Shown piece after piece: positions 19,395 to 28,770 of a stretch of DNA of 64,000 bases. The translations under genes were made by a program, and so were the position numbers. This DNA is from Patescibacteria group bacterium (GTDB lineage: Bacteria > Patescibacteriota > Minisyncoccia > Phycocordibacterales > JAKAEA01). The stretch lies in NCBI GenBank assembly GCA_040387855.1, contig JAZKCY010000001.1:317857-381856 (forward strand). The letters are read 5' to 3'. The notes beneath the pieces are model-generated. The model saw only the letters and a program-made list of their open reading frames with translations. It ran no database searches and was not told the origin of the DNA. Within the stretch, counting starts at the first letter, position 1; each line of letters opens with the position of its first letter.

Positions 19395-19423
19395 CACAGG
19401 GCCCTCTATTTGAGGGCCCTGTG
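19395..19423 (-). terminator. strong hairpin, probable terminator for upstream minus-strand small gene
   Basis: 12-bp perfect stem cacagggccctc-tattt-gagggccctgtg, T-rich tail on the minus strand. Confidence 0.4.
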
Positions 19424-19439
19424 TAAAGATATTATCGAT

Positions 19440-19607
19440 TTATCGCTCTTCTATACCAAATTCGTCTTCCAACAGTCTTTTGTCTAATTCTTCATCTTCA
19501 TTCCTTGTTTTTGTATTTCCGTGTGATGCTTTATTTGAATTGTTTTGTTCTGAAATTTTTTGTCGGTTCTGGAGATTATTTTCACGAGCATTATTTTGTT
19601 GTGCCAT
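19440..19607 (-). CDS. small hydrophilic Asn/Gln/Glu-rich protein (about 55 aa), alternative to track ORF 19484..19750
   Basis: manual translation MAQQNNARENNLQNRQKISEQNNSNKASHGNTKTRNEDEELDKRLLEDEFGIEER; coordinates approximate; a similar small protein lies at 40308..40433. Confidence 0.2.
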   Translation of the reverse strand: MAQQNNARENNLQNRQKISEQNNSNKASHGNTKTRNEDEELDKRLLEDEFGIEER

Positions 19608-19733
19608 CTTCTATGAACTAAATAACCAATAATATTTTGTATCACCGACTGTGATGTAATAAAAGACGCATATCTATCGTATATACTTACCACTGATTGT
19701 TTCAGACTATGTATAAAAAGTATTGTCAATAAA

Positions 19734-19778
19734 ATAAAAAAAGCGCTCAAAGCTTGGAAGCCTGAGCGCTGGGTTTGT
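19734..19778. terminator. bidirectional terminator at the edge of the high-GC island
   Basis: 8-bp perfect stem agcgctca-(13 nt)-tgagcgct flanked by A and T runs; downstream of the minus-strand lipoprotein gene. Confidence 0.55.
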
Positions 19779-19813
19779 ACAAAAAGGACGAAACGAAAGT
19801 TACTCGACGACGA

Positions 19814-20581
19814 TCACCTGTCCGGGTGGTGGTGCACGGGATTGAAGTCGCTGGGATCGGACCACCGGTTGGGACGATTGTTCTGGCCTTGTCCCTGACC
19901 TTGGCCTTGACCCTGCTGGTTGTTGACATTGACACCGACGTTGTTGTTCACGCCGACGCCTTGATGATTGCGGTTGGTGGCCACAGCGTGGTTGTTGTTG
20001 TTCACCACAGGCCCTCCCACACGTACTTGGGGGGCTGAGTTGGCGTTGCCACCGGTTGCTCGAGAGCTACCGCCAGCACCACCTTGACCTCCCGTGCCAC
20101 CATCTCCACCGTTTCCACCAGCACCGCCGGTACCCGATCCACCGGAACCACCGTTGCCAGTGCCACCAGTTGCATTGCCACCGTTGACCTTGGTGACGTT
20201 GTTGTATCGGGCGGGATCCTCGACGGCTTTGCCGAGGACATAGGCTGTACCCGTTACAGCTCCTGGCAGGACATTTGCCCCGACTCCTCGATCTGTGGAC
20301 ACGGCGGTTGCCGTGATCACCATCGGAGGAGCCAGGAGGCGATCTGCCGGCTGTGTTGTCGCGACAGCTGGCTGATGGACCGTGGATCGCACGACGCTTT
20401 GGTGCGACTCCATGATGATCCCGTTTTGGCCCCATGGGTTGGTGAACTCGGCGACGGTAACCTCCTTGACGGAGCCGTCGGCCATGATCATGGGGTCCGA
20501 CTTGTACACCTTCAGCTTCGCGCAGCCGCTCGCGAGCGCAATGCTCGCGAGCAGCGCATACAGCACGATTTTGCTGTTCAT
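19814..20581 (-). CDS. secreted Gly/Asn-rich lipoprotein encoded in a high-GC island
   Basis: signal peptide with lipobox LASGC, long low-complexity GGxG / NN / QG tracts, about 63% GC. Confidence 0.5.
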   Translation of the reverse strand: MNSKIVLYALLASIALASGCAKLKVYKSDPMIMADGSVKEVTVAEFTNPWGQNGIIMESHQSVVRSTVHQPAVATTQPADRLLAPPMVITATAVSTDRGVGANVLPGAVTGTAYVLGKAVEDPARYNNVTKVNGGNATGGTGNGGSGGSGTGGAGGNGGDGGTGGQGGAGGSSRATGGNANSAPQVRVGGPVVNNNNHAVATNRNHQGVGVNNNVGVNVNNQQGQGQGQGQGQNNRPNRWSDPSDFNPVHHHPDR

Positions 20582-20613
20582 GTGACCTCCTTGGGTCTTG
20601 GGTTAAGGGTCTG

Positions 20614-22473
20614 TTACTTCACGTTTTCGATGACGCGAACTTTGCCTGGGACGTTGATCCATCCACTGCCTGGTGGCTGATTGGGATCCCGGTACATTGT
20701 GTGCTCCGGAAACTCGAAGATCTCACCGCGGGTGCTACGGCCAAGGTATTGGCCATGTGCGTCTACGATGGGAACTAGTTCACGGAGATTGTATCGCGAA
20801 TCAAACATCGCCACTCCCAGCAAGTTCACAGGATGGTCACCGGATTCGTGAAGCCGGTTCCTGTAGAACACTCGTTGCCCACGTGGCTCGATGTGGACCA
20901 CATCGCTGACGAACTTGCTCTCGTCTACGTCGATGCTCTTTCCATCGGGAGCTGTGGTCACCGGAGCAATCCTGCGGGGTTCCCCAATAAAAACGGCCCC
21001 CGATCCCGTGGATCGGGTGGAGGCCATGGCGGGCGGCGGGGTCACCGTCCTGGTTGGGTTGGTGGTCGCTGCGACGCTCGGCTCGGCCGACGGCACCGTG
21101 GTGCCGTCGGCCGGAGCCGGGGTTGTGGGAACGGGGGAAACAGAAGCTCCGGGACCCGTGGGACCCGAAGTCGGAGGTGCTACTTCGAACATCTCCTTTG
21201 GCGCGTTGCCGAAGGTCATGACCGACGCCTCGAAGGGCGTGAGCTGCGAACCGTTCTTGAAGGTCAGCGCAACCCACTTCTTGCTGGACCGGCGCTGGAA
21301 GTCGTCGACCACCTTGTCGGTGAGCGTGACAACCATGGCCGAACCGCCGTAAGGGATCGTAAGACCCCGAACATGCGGCTCGGCACGCAGGACGATGTGA
21401 GCACCGTCAGGCAAGCCTGAGATACTCGCGACGGCCGGGACATGATCCGGGTGAAGGTTCGACATGCGAACTTCCTTCAACTGGTTCTTGTCGATGAGCG
21501 TCGGCCTTCCTGCCTCGGTCTCGCGGAACAGGATCTGCCACTGATCGTAGGGCAGGCCTTCGTGGTACACGACCGGCATCTCGCTCGGCTTGGGCGGCGG
21601 CGCCACCGCGAGGAGCGGGGGCGTCTTGGCCTTGGGCTTCGGCTTGTCCTCACCACGATCGGGCGTACCGGTCGGGGTGGGTGAGCCTGGCGGGACCGAA
21701 CCTGGTCCGGTAGCCGGCCGGCTTGTGGGCCGGCCGCTCTTGATGCGAGGCGCCGTGGGGTCGGGATCGGAGGGCGTGCCACCGATCTTGTCCTTCACGA
21801 GCTTCACATCATCCGCGACCTTGTCGACTCGGGAGCCAAGCGCGCCGACCTTGTCGTCGACCTTCTTGTCTCCAGCATCCACGTACTCCTTATGAGTCAT
21901 TGGATTGCCTGGCTTCGTACCCTCCATCTCGATCTCCGAGCGGAGCTTGAGGTACTCCTTCCACTCGGAGGGCTGAGTCGGCACGGGTGCGGCGGGGACC
22001 ACGTTCACCGGCGGCGTATCGTTGGAGGGCGCCTTCTTGGCGTTCCACCAGTCGATGCCCGCAGTGATCAGCATGTAGAGGATGACGGCCAGGAGCACCG
22101 CACCGATGATGATGAACCACCTCAGGTTGCGCTGCCACCAGGTCTGGAGTTCGACCGGGTCCGACGAGGCCGGGCCGCCGACGATCGTGTCGTCGGGTCG
22201 CGGCGGGGTAGCGGCGGGGTCGGCGTACTGCCAGGCCTGCACCTTGTAGGTCACCTCGGGGTCCTCCTTGCTCAGGAGCTTGTTGACCTTGTCGGTGAAC
22301 TTGGTGCCGGTGATCTGCCTGTTCGGCAGTGGCGGGGTGGGGCGGTCGCTGGCCTGGCCGGTACGGGTGACGATGTAGTAGTCGGCATCGGGAACGGGTT
22401 CCCAGCTGACCTTCACAACGTTCCCGTGCTGCGTGGCTTCGACGAGCTCCGGGGTAACGAGATTCGTGGGCAT
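20614..22473 (-). CDS. bitopic membrane protein: cytoplasmic FN3-like N-domain, one TM helix, long Pro/Thr-rich extracytoplasmic region with a C-terminal globular domain, encoded in a high-GC island
   Basis: VVKVSWEPVPDADYYIVTR (FN3-like), TM WFIIIGAVLLAVILYMLITAGI, repeats VDDKVGALGSRVDKVADDVKLVKDKIGG, PxxP tracts; about 64% GC. Confidence 0.5.
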   Translation of the reverse strand: MPTNLVTPELVEATQHGNVVKVSWEPVPDADYYIVTRTGQASDRPTPPLPNRQITGTKFTDKVNKLLSKEDPEVTYKVQAWQYADPAATPPRPDDTIVGGPASSDPVELQTWWQRNLRWFIIIGAVLLAVILYMLITAGIDWWNAKKAPSNDTPPVNVVPAAPVPTQPSEWKEYLKLRSEIEMEGTKPGNPMTHKEYVDAGDKKVDDKVGALGSRVDKVADDVKLVKDKIGGTPSDPDPTAPRIKSGRPTSRPATGPGSVPPGSPTPTGTPDRGEDKPKPKAKTPPLLAVAPPPKPSEMPVVYHEGLPYDQWQILFRETEAGRPTLIDKNQLKEVRMSNLHPDHVPAVASISGLPDGAHIVLRAEPHVRGLTIPYGGSAMVVTLTDKVVDDFQRRSSKKWVALTFKNGSQLTPFEASVMTFGNAPKEMFEVAPPTSGPTGPGASVSPVPTTPAPADGTTVPSAEPSVAATTNPTRTVTPPPAMASTRSTGSGAVFIGEPRRIAPVTTAPDGKSIDVDESKFVSDVVHIEPRGQRVFYRNRLHESGDHPVNLLGVAMFDSRYNLRELVPIVDAHGQYLGRSTRGEIFEFPEHTMYRDPNQPPGSGWINVPGKVRVIENVK

Positions 22474-22622
22474 TGCATGCTCCTTCTAAGAGGGGGTGCG
22501 GTTGCGTGTTCGTGTTCCACAGCTATGCCAACAAGGCACAGCCGTAACTTTCTATTCTGTTGTCAAACCTCTTTTCTCCCTGCCACAATGGCCGGGAAAT
22601 AAAAAAGAGGCTTCAATAGCCT

Positions 22623-22644
22623 GTGCATAATTATGCACTTTTTT
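22623..22644. promoter_or_regulatory. perfect 16-bp palindrome plus T-run (orphan terminator-like element or operator) in the AT-rich spacer upstream of 20614..22473
   Basis: gtgcataattatgcac followed by ttttttatg and preceded by aggcttcaatagcct mini-hairpin. Confidence 0.3.
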
Positions 22645-22846
22645 ATGAATTTGTCAAGCGACTTTCGTTGAGCTCTACTATAAGGACGTATAACACGCCA
22701 AATACTTATATACAGCAGAGTCTGTTATATGGCTAATATTAATAGTATTTAAGATGCTTACTCGTAAGCTTGAGTAGACTTTATCGTCTCTAGATAGGTA
22801 AGGTATATGATAGTTAGAATTTACTCATAAAAAACCTTTATACGTT

Positions 22847-23530
22847 ATGGATCAAACAACTGGTTATTTTACAAATTTGGGTGATGTAACTGCTGCGTCT
22901 CTTCAGACTGCATGGTTTAATCTATTGCAGCATCTCCCAAAGATTATTGGAGCACTACTCATCCTCATTATTGGATGGATTGTAGCAAGCGTTATTGGTG
23001 GACTTGTAAAAAGAGTTGTTCGCGCAACTGGCTTGGATGAAGTTGTTGAAAGATCACAACTTAATCAAAAGCTTCGAGTGAGTGGTAAGTATAAATTGTT
23101 GTCTGGAATGATCGGTGAATTTGTGAAGTGGTTTATCATAATTGTTGTACTTATTGCTGCAGCAAATACCTTAAACCTCCCACAAGTAACTGAGTTCTTT
23201 AACGCAATTGCACTCTATATTCCTCGAGCAATTGTTGCAGTGATCATACTTGTCGTTGGATTACTCCTTGGTGAATTTGTTGCCAACCTTGTTCGTGGAG
23301 GACTTGAAGCATCAAAACTTCCAGTGCGTCACAAGCAAACCCTCGGTTCAGTTGCAAAGTACGCTATCATTGTATTTTCAATCATGGCTGCTCTTGTTCA
23401 ACTCAACATTGTGCCTGAACTCATTCAGATTCTTTTTGGTGGATTTGTGTTAGCACTTGCTCTTGCCTTTGGTCTTGGAGGTAGAGAAGAGGCTGCACGA
23501 TTTTTGGCTAGTTTCCGACAAGAACGTTAA
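22847..23530 (+). CDS. small multi-TM membrane protein with repeated conserved-TM-helix modules (MscS-N-terminal-like)
   Basis: two similar halves each with a hydrophobic helix followed by a charged segment (LPKIIGALLILIIGWIVASVIGGLVKRVVRATGLDE / IALYIPRAIVAVIILVVGLLLGEFVANLVRGGLEA). Confidence 0.4.
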   Translation: MDQTTGYFTNLGDVTAASLQTAWFNLLQHLPKIIGALLILIIGWIVASVIGGLVKRVVRATGLDEVVERSQLNQKLRVSGKYKLLSGMIGEFVKWFIIIVVLIAAANTLNLPQVTEFFNAIALYIPRAIVAVIILVVGLLLGEFVANLVRGGLEASKLPVRHKQTLGSVAKYAIIVFSIMAALVQLNIVPELIQILFGGFVLALALAFGLGGREEAARFLASFRQER

Positions 23531-23651
23531 GACATCTCACTCAGTATAAAGATGAACCTCGCAGAAATGTGGGGTTTAATCTTTGTATATAATGCTGAGT
23601 CTGTCCATAGACTAATCTTCCAAAAAATGGTACTGTATTATTCCTGTTCAT

Positions 23652-25136
23652 ATGTCTAAAAAATTAAACATAGCTCATATAGCTTCAGAAGTGGAGCCAT
23701 TTTCAAAGAGTGGTGGCCTGGCCAATGTGCTCAGTTCGCTTCCAAAAGCTCATAAAGAATTGGGGTATGACGTAATTGTAATCACTCCGCTTTTTGAACA
23801 CATCATTGATCCAAAAACTTTGGAACTTATTGGTGCTGCAGAAACAATTGAATTGAGTGAAGGTATATACGAGAAGGTAAGTTTCTACCGAGGCTATATA
23901 GATAATCTTGTTCCTGTATATTTCATTCAAAATCAAAAATACCTTAGTGATCTTAAAATATTGTATGGAGCAGAAAATGATAATGCGCGATTTATGTTGT
24001 TTAACGTTGCCGCATTGCATCTCATAAAAAAACTGGAATTTAAAGCAGACATTATTCAATGTCATGATTGGCATTCGGGTCTCGTTCCATATTTTCTCAA
24101 GGGTAGATATAAAAAAGATGAATTTTGGAAAGATACATCAACACTTTTTACGATTCACAATCTAACCTATCAGCTGGGACACAACTGGTGGGATATCCCT
24201 TCAGAAGAAAGAGATGACGGCCGATCATCATTACCAAAATTTGATGATCCAGCACTTGAAAAAGTAAACTTTGCAAAACGCGCAATTATATATGCAGATG
24301 CAATTAACGCTGTTTCTGAAACATATAGAGAAGAAATCATGACCAAGGACTTTGGTCAGGAATTAAATCGCGTACTCAAAAATCGAGAAAAGCGCGTGTT
24401 TGGAATTGTAAACGGGATTGATTACAACGAGTTTAATCCACTTACCGATCCAGGACTCATTCAGCACTATAGTGATAAGTCTGTACAAAGAAAACGTACA
24501 AATAAAAAATGGCTTCAAAAATTCTATAAGCTTACCGTCAATCCAGATATTCCACTTATCTGCATGACATCTCGAATTACAGAACAAAAAGGTTTTAAGC
24601 TTTTGATGAACATCATAAAGCTAATACTCAGATTTGAAGTCCAGATTATTATTATGGGAGATGGAGATAAGGAGATGGTGAGTTATTTTGAGAAGGTTCA
24701 AAAAGAATTCCCAAAGCAATTAGTTATAGTTCCATTCGATCACGAAAAAGAAACACTGTATTATGCTGCTTCAGATATCTTTCTACTACCTTCTCGATTT
24801 GAACCATGTGGAATCAATCAAATGATTGCACTTCGCTATGGATGTATTCCTGTGGTTCACCATATTGGGGGACTTGCAGATACTATTGTCGATTATGATC
24901 CACTTAAAAAGAGTGGAAACGGATTTACTTTCAAACGCTATAGCGCAGTCAATTTGCTTGTCGCCATTGTACGAGCTCTTGAGACTTTCAAGCACAAGCG
25001 AGCATGGAAAGAATTAACAATATCTAGTCTACGAGAAGCTAATTCATGGCTGCTTCCTGCATTTAAGTATATTGATTTGTATGAAACTACAATCAAGCTC
25101 AAACGTCGTTCAGATAGAGAGGATAAACAAAAATAA
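23652..25136 (+). CDS. glgA: glycogen/starch synthase (GT5)
   Basis: N-terminal IASEVEPFSKSGGLANVL (KTGGL motif), GT-B fold length 494 aa. Confidence 0.85.
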   Translation: MSKKLNIAHIASEVEPFSKSGGLANVLSSLPKAHKELGYDVIVITPLFEHIIDPKTLELIGAAETIELSEGIYEKVSFYRGYIDNLVPVYFIQNQKYLSDLKILYGAENDNARFMLFNVAALHLIKKLEFKADIIQCHDWHSGLVPYFLKGRYKKDEFWKDTSTLFTIHNLTYQLGHNWWDIPSEERDDGRSSLPKFDDPALEKVNFAKRAIIYADAINAVSETYREEIMTKDFGQELNRVLKNREKRVFGIVNGIDYNEFNPLTDPGLIQHYSDKSVQRKRTNKKWLQKFYKLTVNPDIPLICMTSRITEQKGFKLLMNIIKLILRFEVQIIIMGDGDKEMVSYFEKVQKEFPKQLVIVPFDHEKETLYYAASDIFLLPSRFEPCGINQMIALRYGCIPVVHHIGGLADTIVDYDPLKKSGNGFTFKRYSAVNLLVAIVRALETFKHKRAWKELTISSLREANSWLLPAFKYIDLYETTIKLKRRSDREDKQK

Positions 25137-25139
25137 TAT

Positions 25140-26300
25140 ATGCTAACCTGGATTAATTTTCTTCATATTTACCAGCCTCCAACACAGTCAAAAGAGATTG
25201 TGGATTTAGTAGTGCGAGAAAGTTATGAAACTATTGTGAGGGTTCTTAATTCATATCCCAAATTAAAGATTACACTTAATATCTCAGGATCTCTTATTGA
25301 GTTGCTTGAAAAAAATGGCCATCAAAACTTGCTTGCTGATTTTAAAAAACTAGCAGAAGAAAAAAGAATAGAACTTGTAGGCAGTGCGATGTACCATCCG
25401 CTTTTAGCTCTATTGCCAGAGTCTGAAATTGTGCGCCAGATTGAATTGCATAATGAAATATCAAAGAGATACTTTGGTGATGCCTATAATCCGAAAGGAT
25501 TTTTCATTCCAGAAATGGCTTACAGTAAAAAAGTCGCAGATATTGTAGAAAAAATGGGATTTACATGGCTCATCTTGGATGGGATGCATGCTGCAAGCGT
25601 AACTCCAAACCCTGAAGTGCATTACACAATTGAAGGAACCAATCTCTCTGTGGTTTTTCGTGATCGAGAATTTTCAAAAACATTTCCACCTGAGTTTATT
25701 GTGGAGAACAAAGATAAGATACAGCATTCTGCTATCGTTATTGCTCATGATGGTGAATTGTATGGGCATTGGCACAAAGATGATCGTGGATACTATCAAA
25801 AAGCATTTCAGGAATCTGATATTCAGTTTAAGACAATATCAGACTACATTTCAGGATTACAAATCTCAGATACTATTAAAGTTCAGGAGGGAAGCTGGGA
25901 ATCACTGCCTGCTGAAATATCTGCAAATGTTCCGTACGCATTATGGAACAATCCAAGCAATATGATTCATTCTATGATGTGGTCATTTGCTCGCTTTGTT
26001 TTAACAACAATAGAACATCATTCGCAGGATCAAAATTATATATCATCACGGCATCTGCTAGATCAAGGATTGGCAAGTTGTGCTTGGTGGTGGGCTACAA
26101 GTGAAAAACTTGTTGCAACATCTCCTATTTGTTGGAACCCAACGGAAATAGAAAAAGGAGCTGCACTCATGCTTCTTGCATTGCGATCATTGCGTCATGC
26201 AGATGATGAAAAAATTATTGCTGAAAAAAGCTTTGGTGAATTGCGAACTCTTATTTGGATTACCCATTGGCAATATGAAAAGAATAATAAAATACTGTAA
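25140..26300 (+). CDS. GH57-family alpha-glucan enzyme (branching enzyme / 4-alpha-glucanotransferase-like)
   Basis: N-terminal INFLHIYQPP (GH57 HxHQP region), catalytic-region similarity, starts 4 nt after glgA stop. Confidence 0.7.
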   Translation: MLTWINFLHIYQPPTQSKEIVDLVVRESYETIVRVLNSYPKLKITLNISGSLIELLEKNGHQNLLADFKKLAEEKRIELVGSAMYHPLLALLPESEIVRQIELHNEISKRYFGDAYNPKGFFIPEMAYSKKVADIVEKMGFTWLILDGMHAASVTPNPEVHYTIEGTNLSVVFRDREFSKTFPPEFIVENKDKIQHSAIVIAHDGELYGHWHKDDRGYYQKAFQESDIQFKTISDYISGLQISDTIKVQEGSWESLPAEISANVPYALWNNPSNMIHSMMWSFARFVLTTIEHHSQDQNYISSRHLLDQGLASCAWWWATSEKLVATSPICWNPTEIEKGAALMLLALRSLRHADDEKIIAEKSFGELRTLIWITHWQYEKNNKIL

Positions 26301-26362
26301 ATAAAATCGACGTTATACGTCGTAGAAACAGTAGAGAATTAACGCGGTAATTATCAGACACA

Positions 26363-27121
26363 ATGGAAAAGAAAGAAATGAAAATATCGGTAATTTCTAC
26401 AACATACAATAGAAAAGATCTACTAAAACAAACTATCGAGAGTGTGCAAAAGTCGATTGTGGCTCCTTTAGATTCTGTTGAATTTGAGCATATTATATAC
26501 GACGATGCCTCAACTGATGGAACTGAGGAATTATTTAAAGATAATCCTTGGAAAAACGTAAAATATATTCGAGGAGAAGAAAACAAAGGACCTTCATATG
26601 GCCGCAATAGAGCAATAGAGGCATGTACAGGGGACTATATTTTTCTCATTGATAGTGATGACATAATCCTTCAGCGAACGCTTCATAATTTTGCTATCTG
26701 TGCATTAGAACATCCTCAGACACAATGGTTTGTATCTTCATTTTTGCATGTTGATAATGATCTCAAGTACATCGTTGGAGATGATTACTACACATGGAAT
26801 TTTAAGGATACTCATGAAATGCTTACTGCTATTTTTAAAGGAGAACACTTTATACAAAGCAGTGTGTTCTTTACTAAAGATATATTCTTTAAAGCAGGTA
26901 TGTTTGATGAGAATTTGTCGATGGGAGAAGATTTAGACTTCTTTATTAGAGTTCTACTATTGGACGAAATGCCAAAGTTTGAAGCATTTATATCACATCT
27001 ACACCGGTTCCATACTTCAAATCTTTCAGATGGCATAACAAAGGAAAAGCATTTGAAACAAATTGATTTCTTCCGAGAAAAATATTCTGCTGAGCTTGCA
27101 AAGGCACAAATAAAAGTTTAA
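26363..27121 (+). CDS. family 2 glycosyltransferase
   Basis: ISVISTTYNRKDLLKQTIESV ... YDDASTDGT (GT2 DxD region). Confidence 0.7.
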   Translation: MEKKEMKISVISTTYNRKDLLKQTIESVQKSIVAPLDSVEFEHIIYDDASTDGTEELFKDNPWKNVKYIRGEENKGPSYGRNRAIEACTGDYIFLIDSDDIILQRTLHNFAICALEHPQTQWFVSSFLHVDNDLKYIVGDDYYTWNFKDTHEMLTAIFKGEHFIQSSVFFTKDIFFKAGMFDENLSMGEDLDFFIRVLLLDEMPKFEAFISHLHRFHTSNLSDGITKEKHLKQIDFFREKYSAELAKAQIKV

Positions 27122-27135
27122 AACAGATACATCAT

Positions 27136-28752
27136 ATGGAGAAAAAAGTACCTTGGTATAAAAATTCTGTAGTCTATCAAATTTATCCTTGGAGTTTTAA
27201 GGACTCAAACGGTGATGGTATTGGAGATATCCAAGGAATTATTGAAAAACTCGACTATCTTAATGACGGTACTGAAAAATCTCTTGGAGTAGGAGCAATT
27301 TGGCTTTCGCCAATTTATAAATCACCCATGAAAGATTATGGGTATGATATTTCTGACTTCTACGCCATTGATTCTCGTTTTGGAACAATGGAAGATTTCT
27401 ATGATATGACTGTCGAAGCTCATCGACGTGGTATTAGAGTTATTATGGACTTTGTAACAAGTCATACATCGTCGGAACATCCATGGTTTACAGAATCCAG
27501 ATCTTCAAAAAATAATCCCAAACGCGATTGGTATGTATGGCGCAATCCAAAACCTGATGGTTCACCTCCAAACAATTGGATAAGTGTTTTCGGTGGTCCT
27601 GCATGGACGTATGATGAATTTACAGGACAGTATTATCTCCATCACTTTTTGAAAGATCAACCTGATCTCAATTGGCGAAATCCTGAAGTGCGAGAAGAAA
27701 TGAAACGAATTTTGGATTTTTGGATGCATCGAGGGGTAGATGGCTTCCGTGTGGATGCAATCAGTCACTTCATCGAAGATGCCGAATTTAGAGACAATCC
27801 ATTAAATGAATCTTATCGAGAAGGAAAAGATCATCCGTATTCAAAGTATCTTCATAAATACAGTAAGGATCAACCAGAGCTTAAAGAAGTAGTAGAACTT
27901 TTGTGTGACACGCTTGATAACCATGAAGAAAAATTTGTAGTGAGTGAAGCTCATCTTGGCGTGAAGGATCTTGTAAATGTGTACAAATATTCTCAAAAGA
28001 AAATTCATGCGCCATTCAATTTCAATCTCATCAACATGAGATGGAGTGCGCATGCATACAAAAAGTTTATTGATTCATTTGATGCATTGCTTGGTGAAGA
28101 TGAAATTCCAACATATGTATTGGGCAATCACGATCAGCCACGATTAGCCTCACGTGTTGATTCTAAACGGGCACGAACACTTGCAATGCTTTTACTTACC
28201 GTGAAAGGCATGCCCTTTATTTACTATGGTGAAGAGCTTGGTCTTAAGAGTGTAAAAATTCCACAGCATAAATTGAAAGATGCGTTTTCAATTCAAACAA
28301 GTAAGAAGCATTCAAGTCGTGATCCTGAGCGAACCCCAATGCAATGGAATGAAGAAAAGTATGCTGGATTTTCATATGCCGAACCTTGGTTACCTCTTTC
28401 TCGAACATATAAAGAAAACAATGTAGAAAAACAACAAAAAGATTCAACTTCAATGTTTAGTCTCTACAGTAAACTTATACACTTTAGGAATAATTCTCAA
28501 GCATTAATCGAAGGCAGCTATAAGTCTTTGTCTACAGTATCAAAGAAAGTTTATGCATACATACGTGAATATAAAGATGAAAAGATATTGACAATACTTA
28601 ACTTTTCGAAAGATTCTGTAACTGAATCATTTGATTTCTCAAAAGCTGAAATTATTTGTTCAACGTATATGGATACAAAGAAAAAGCAAAAGTTAGATGG
28701 GGAAGGACTCACCTTACGTCCATACGAAGGATACATCATAAAGATTTCGTAA
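27136..28752 (+). CDS. GH13 alpha-glucosidase / oligo-1,6-glucosidase-like
   Basis: [33 protein letters not shown] catalytic region, 538 aa. Confidence 0.8.
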   Translation: [538 protein letters not shown]

Positions 28753-28770
28753 TTATGATTGAGGAAAAAA

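Noticed and set aside
19775-22602. Many long overlapping ORFs on both strands inside the high-GC islands (e.g. 20002..20241, 20067..20435, 20084..20680, 20833..21420, 20837..21277, 21477..21782, 21892..22602; likewise 33126..33968, 34132..35169, 35283..36464, 35470..35691, 35708..36049, 16412..16729, 16590..16931, 5550..5813, 11586..11933, 57331..57885, 58973..59356, 60669..60905, 60844..61137)
   Set aside because: GC-rich DNA is poor in stop codons, so spurious open frames are expected. Their translations are Arg/Pro/Gly-rich low-complexity sequence without motifs, whereas the chosen frames carry recognisable signatures (RTX repeats, lipobox, PEP-CTERM, CA and MazG motifs).
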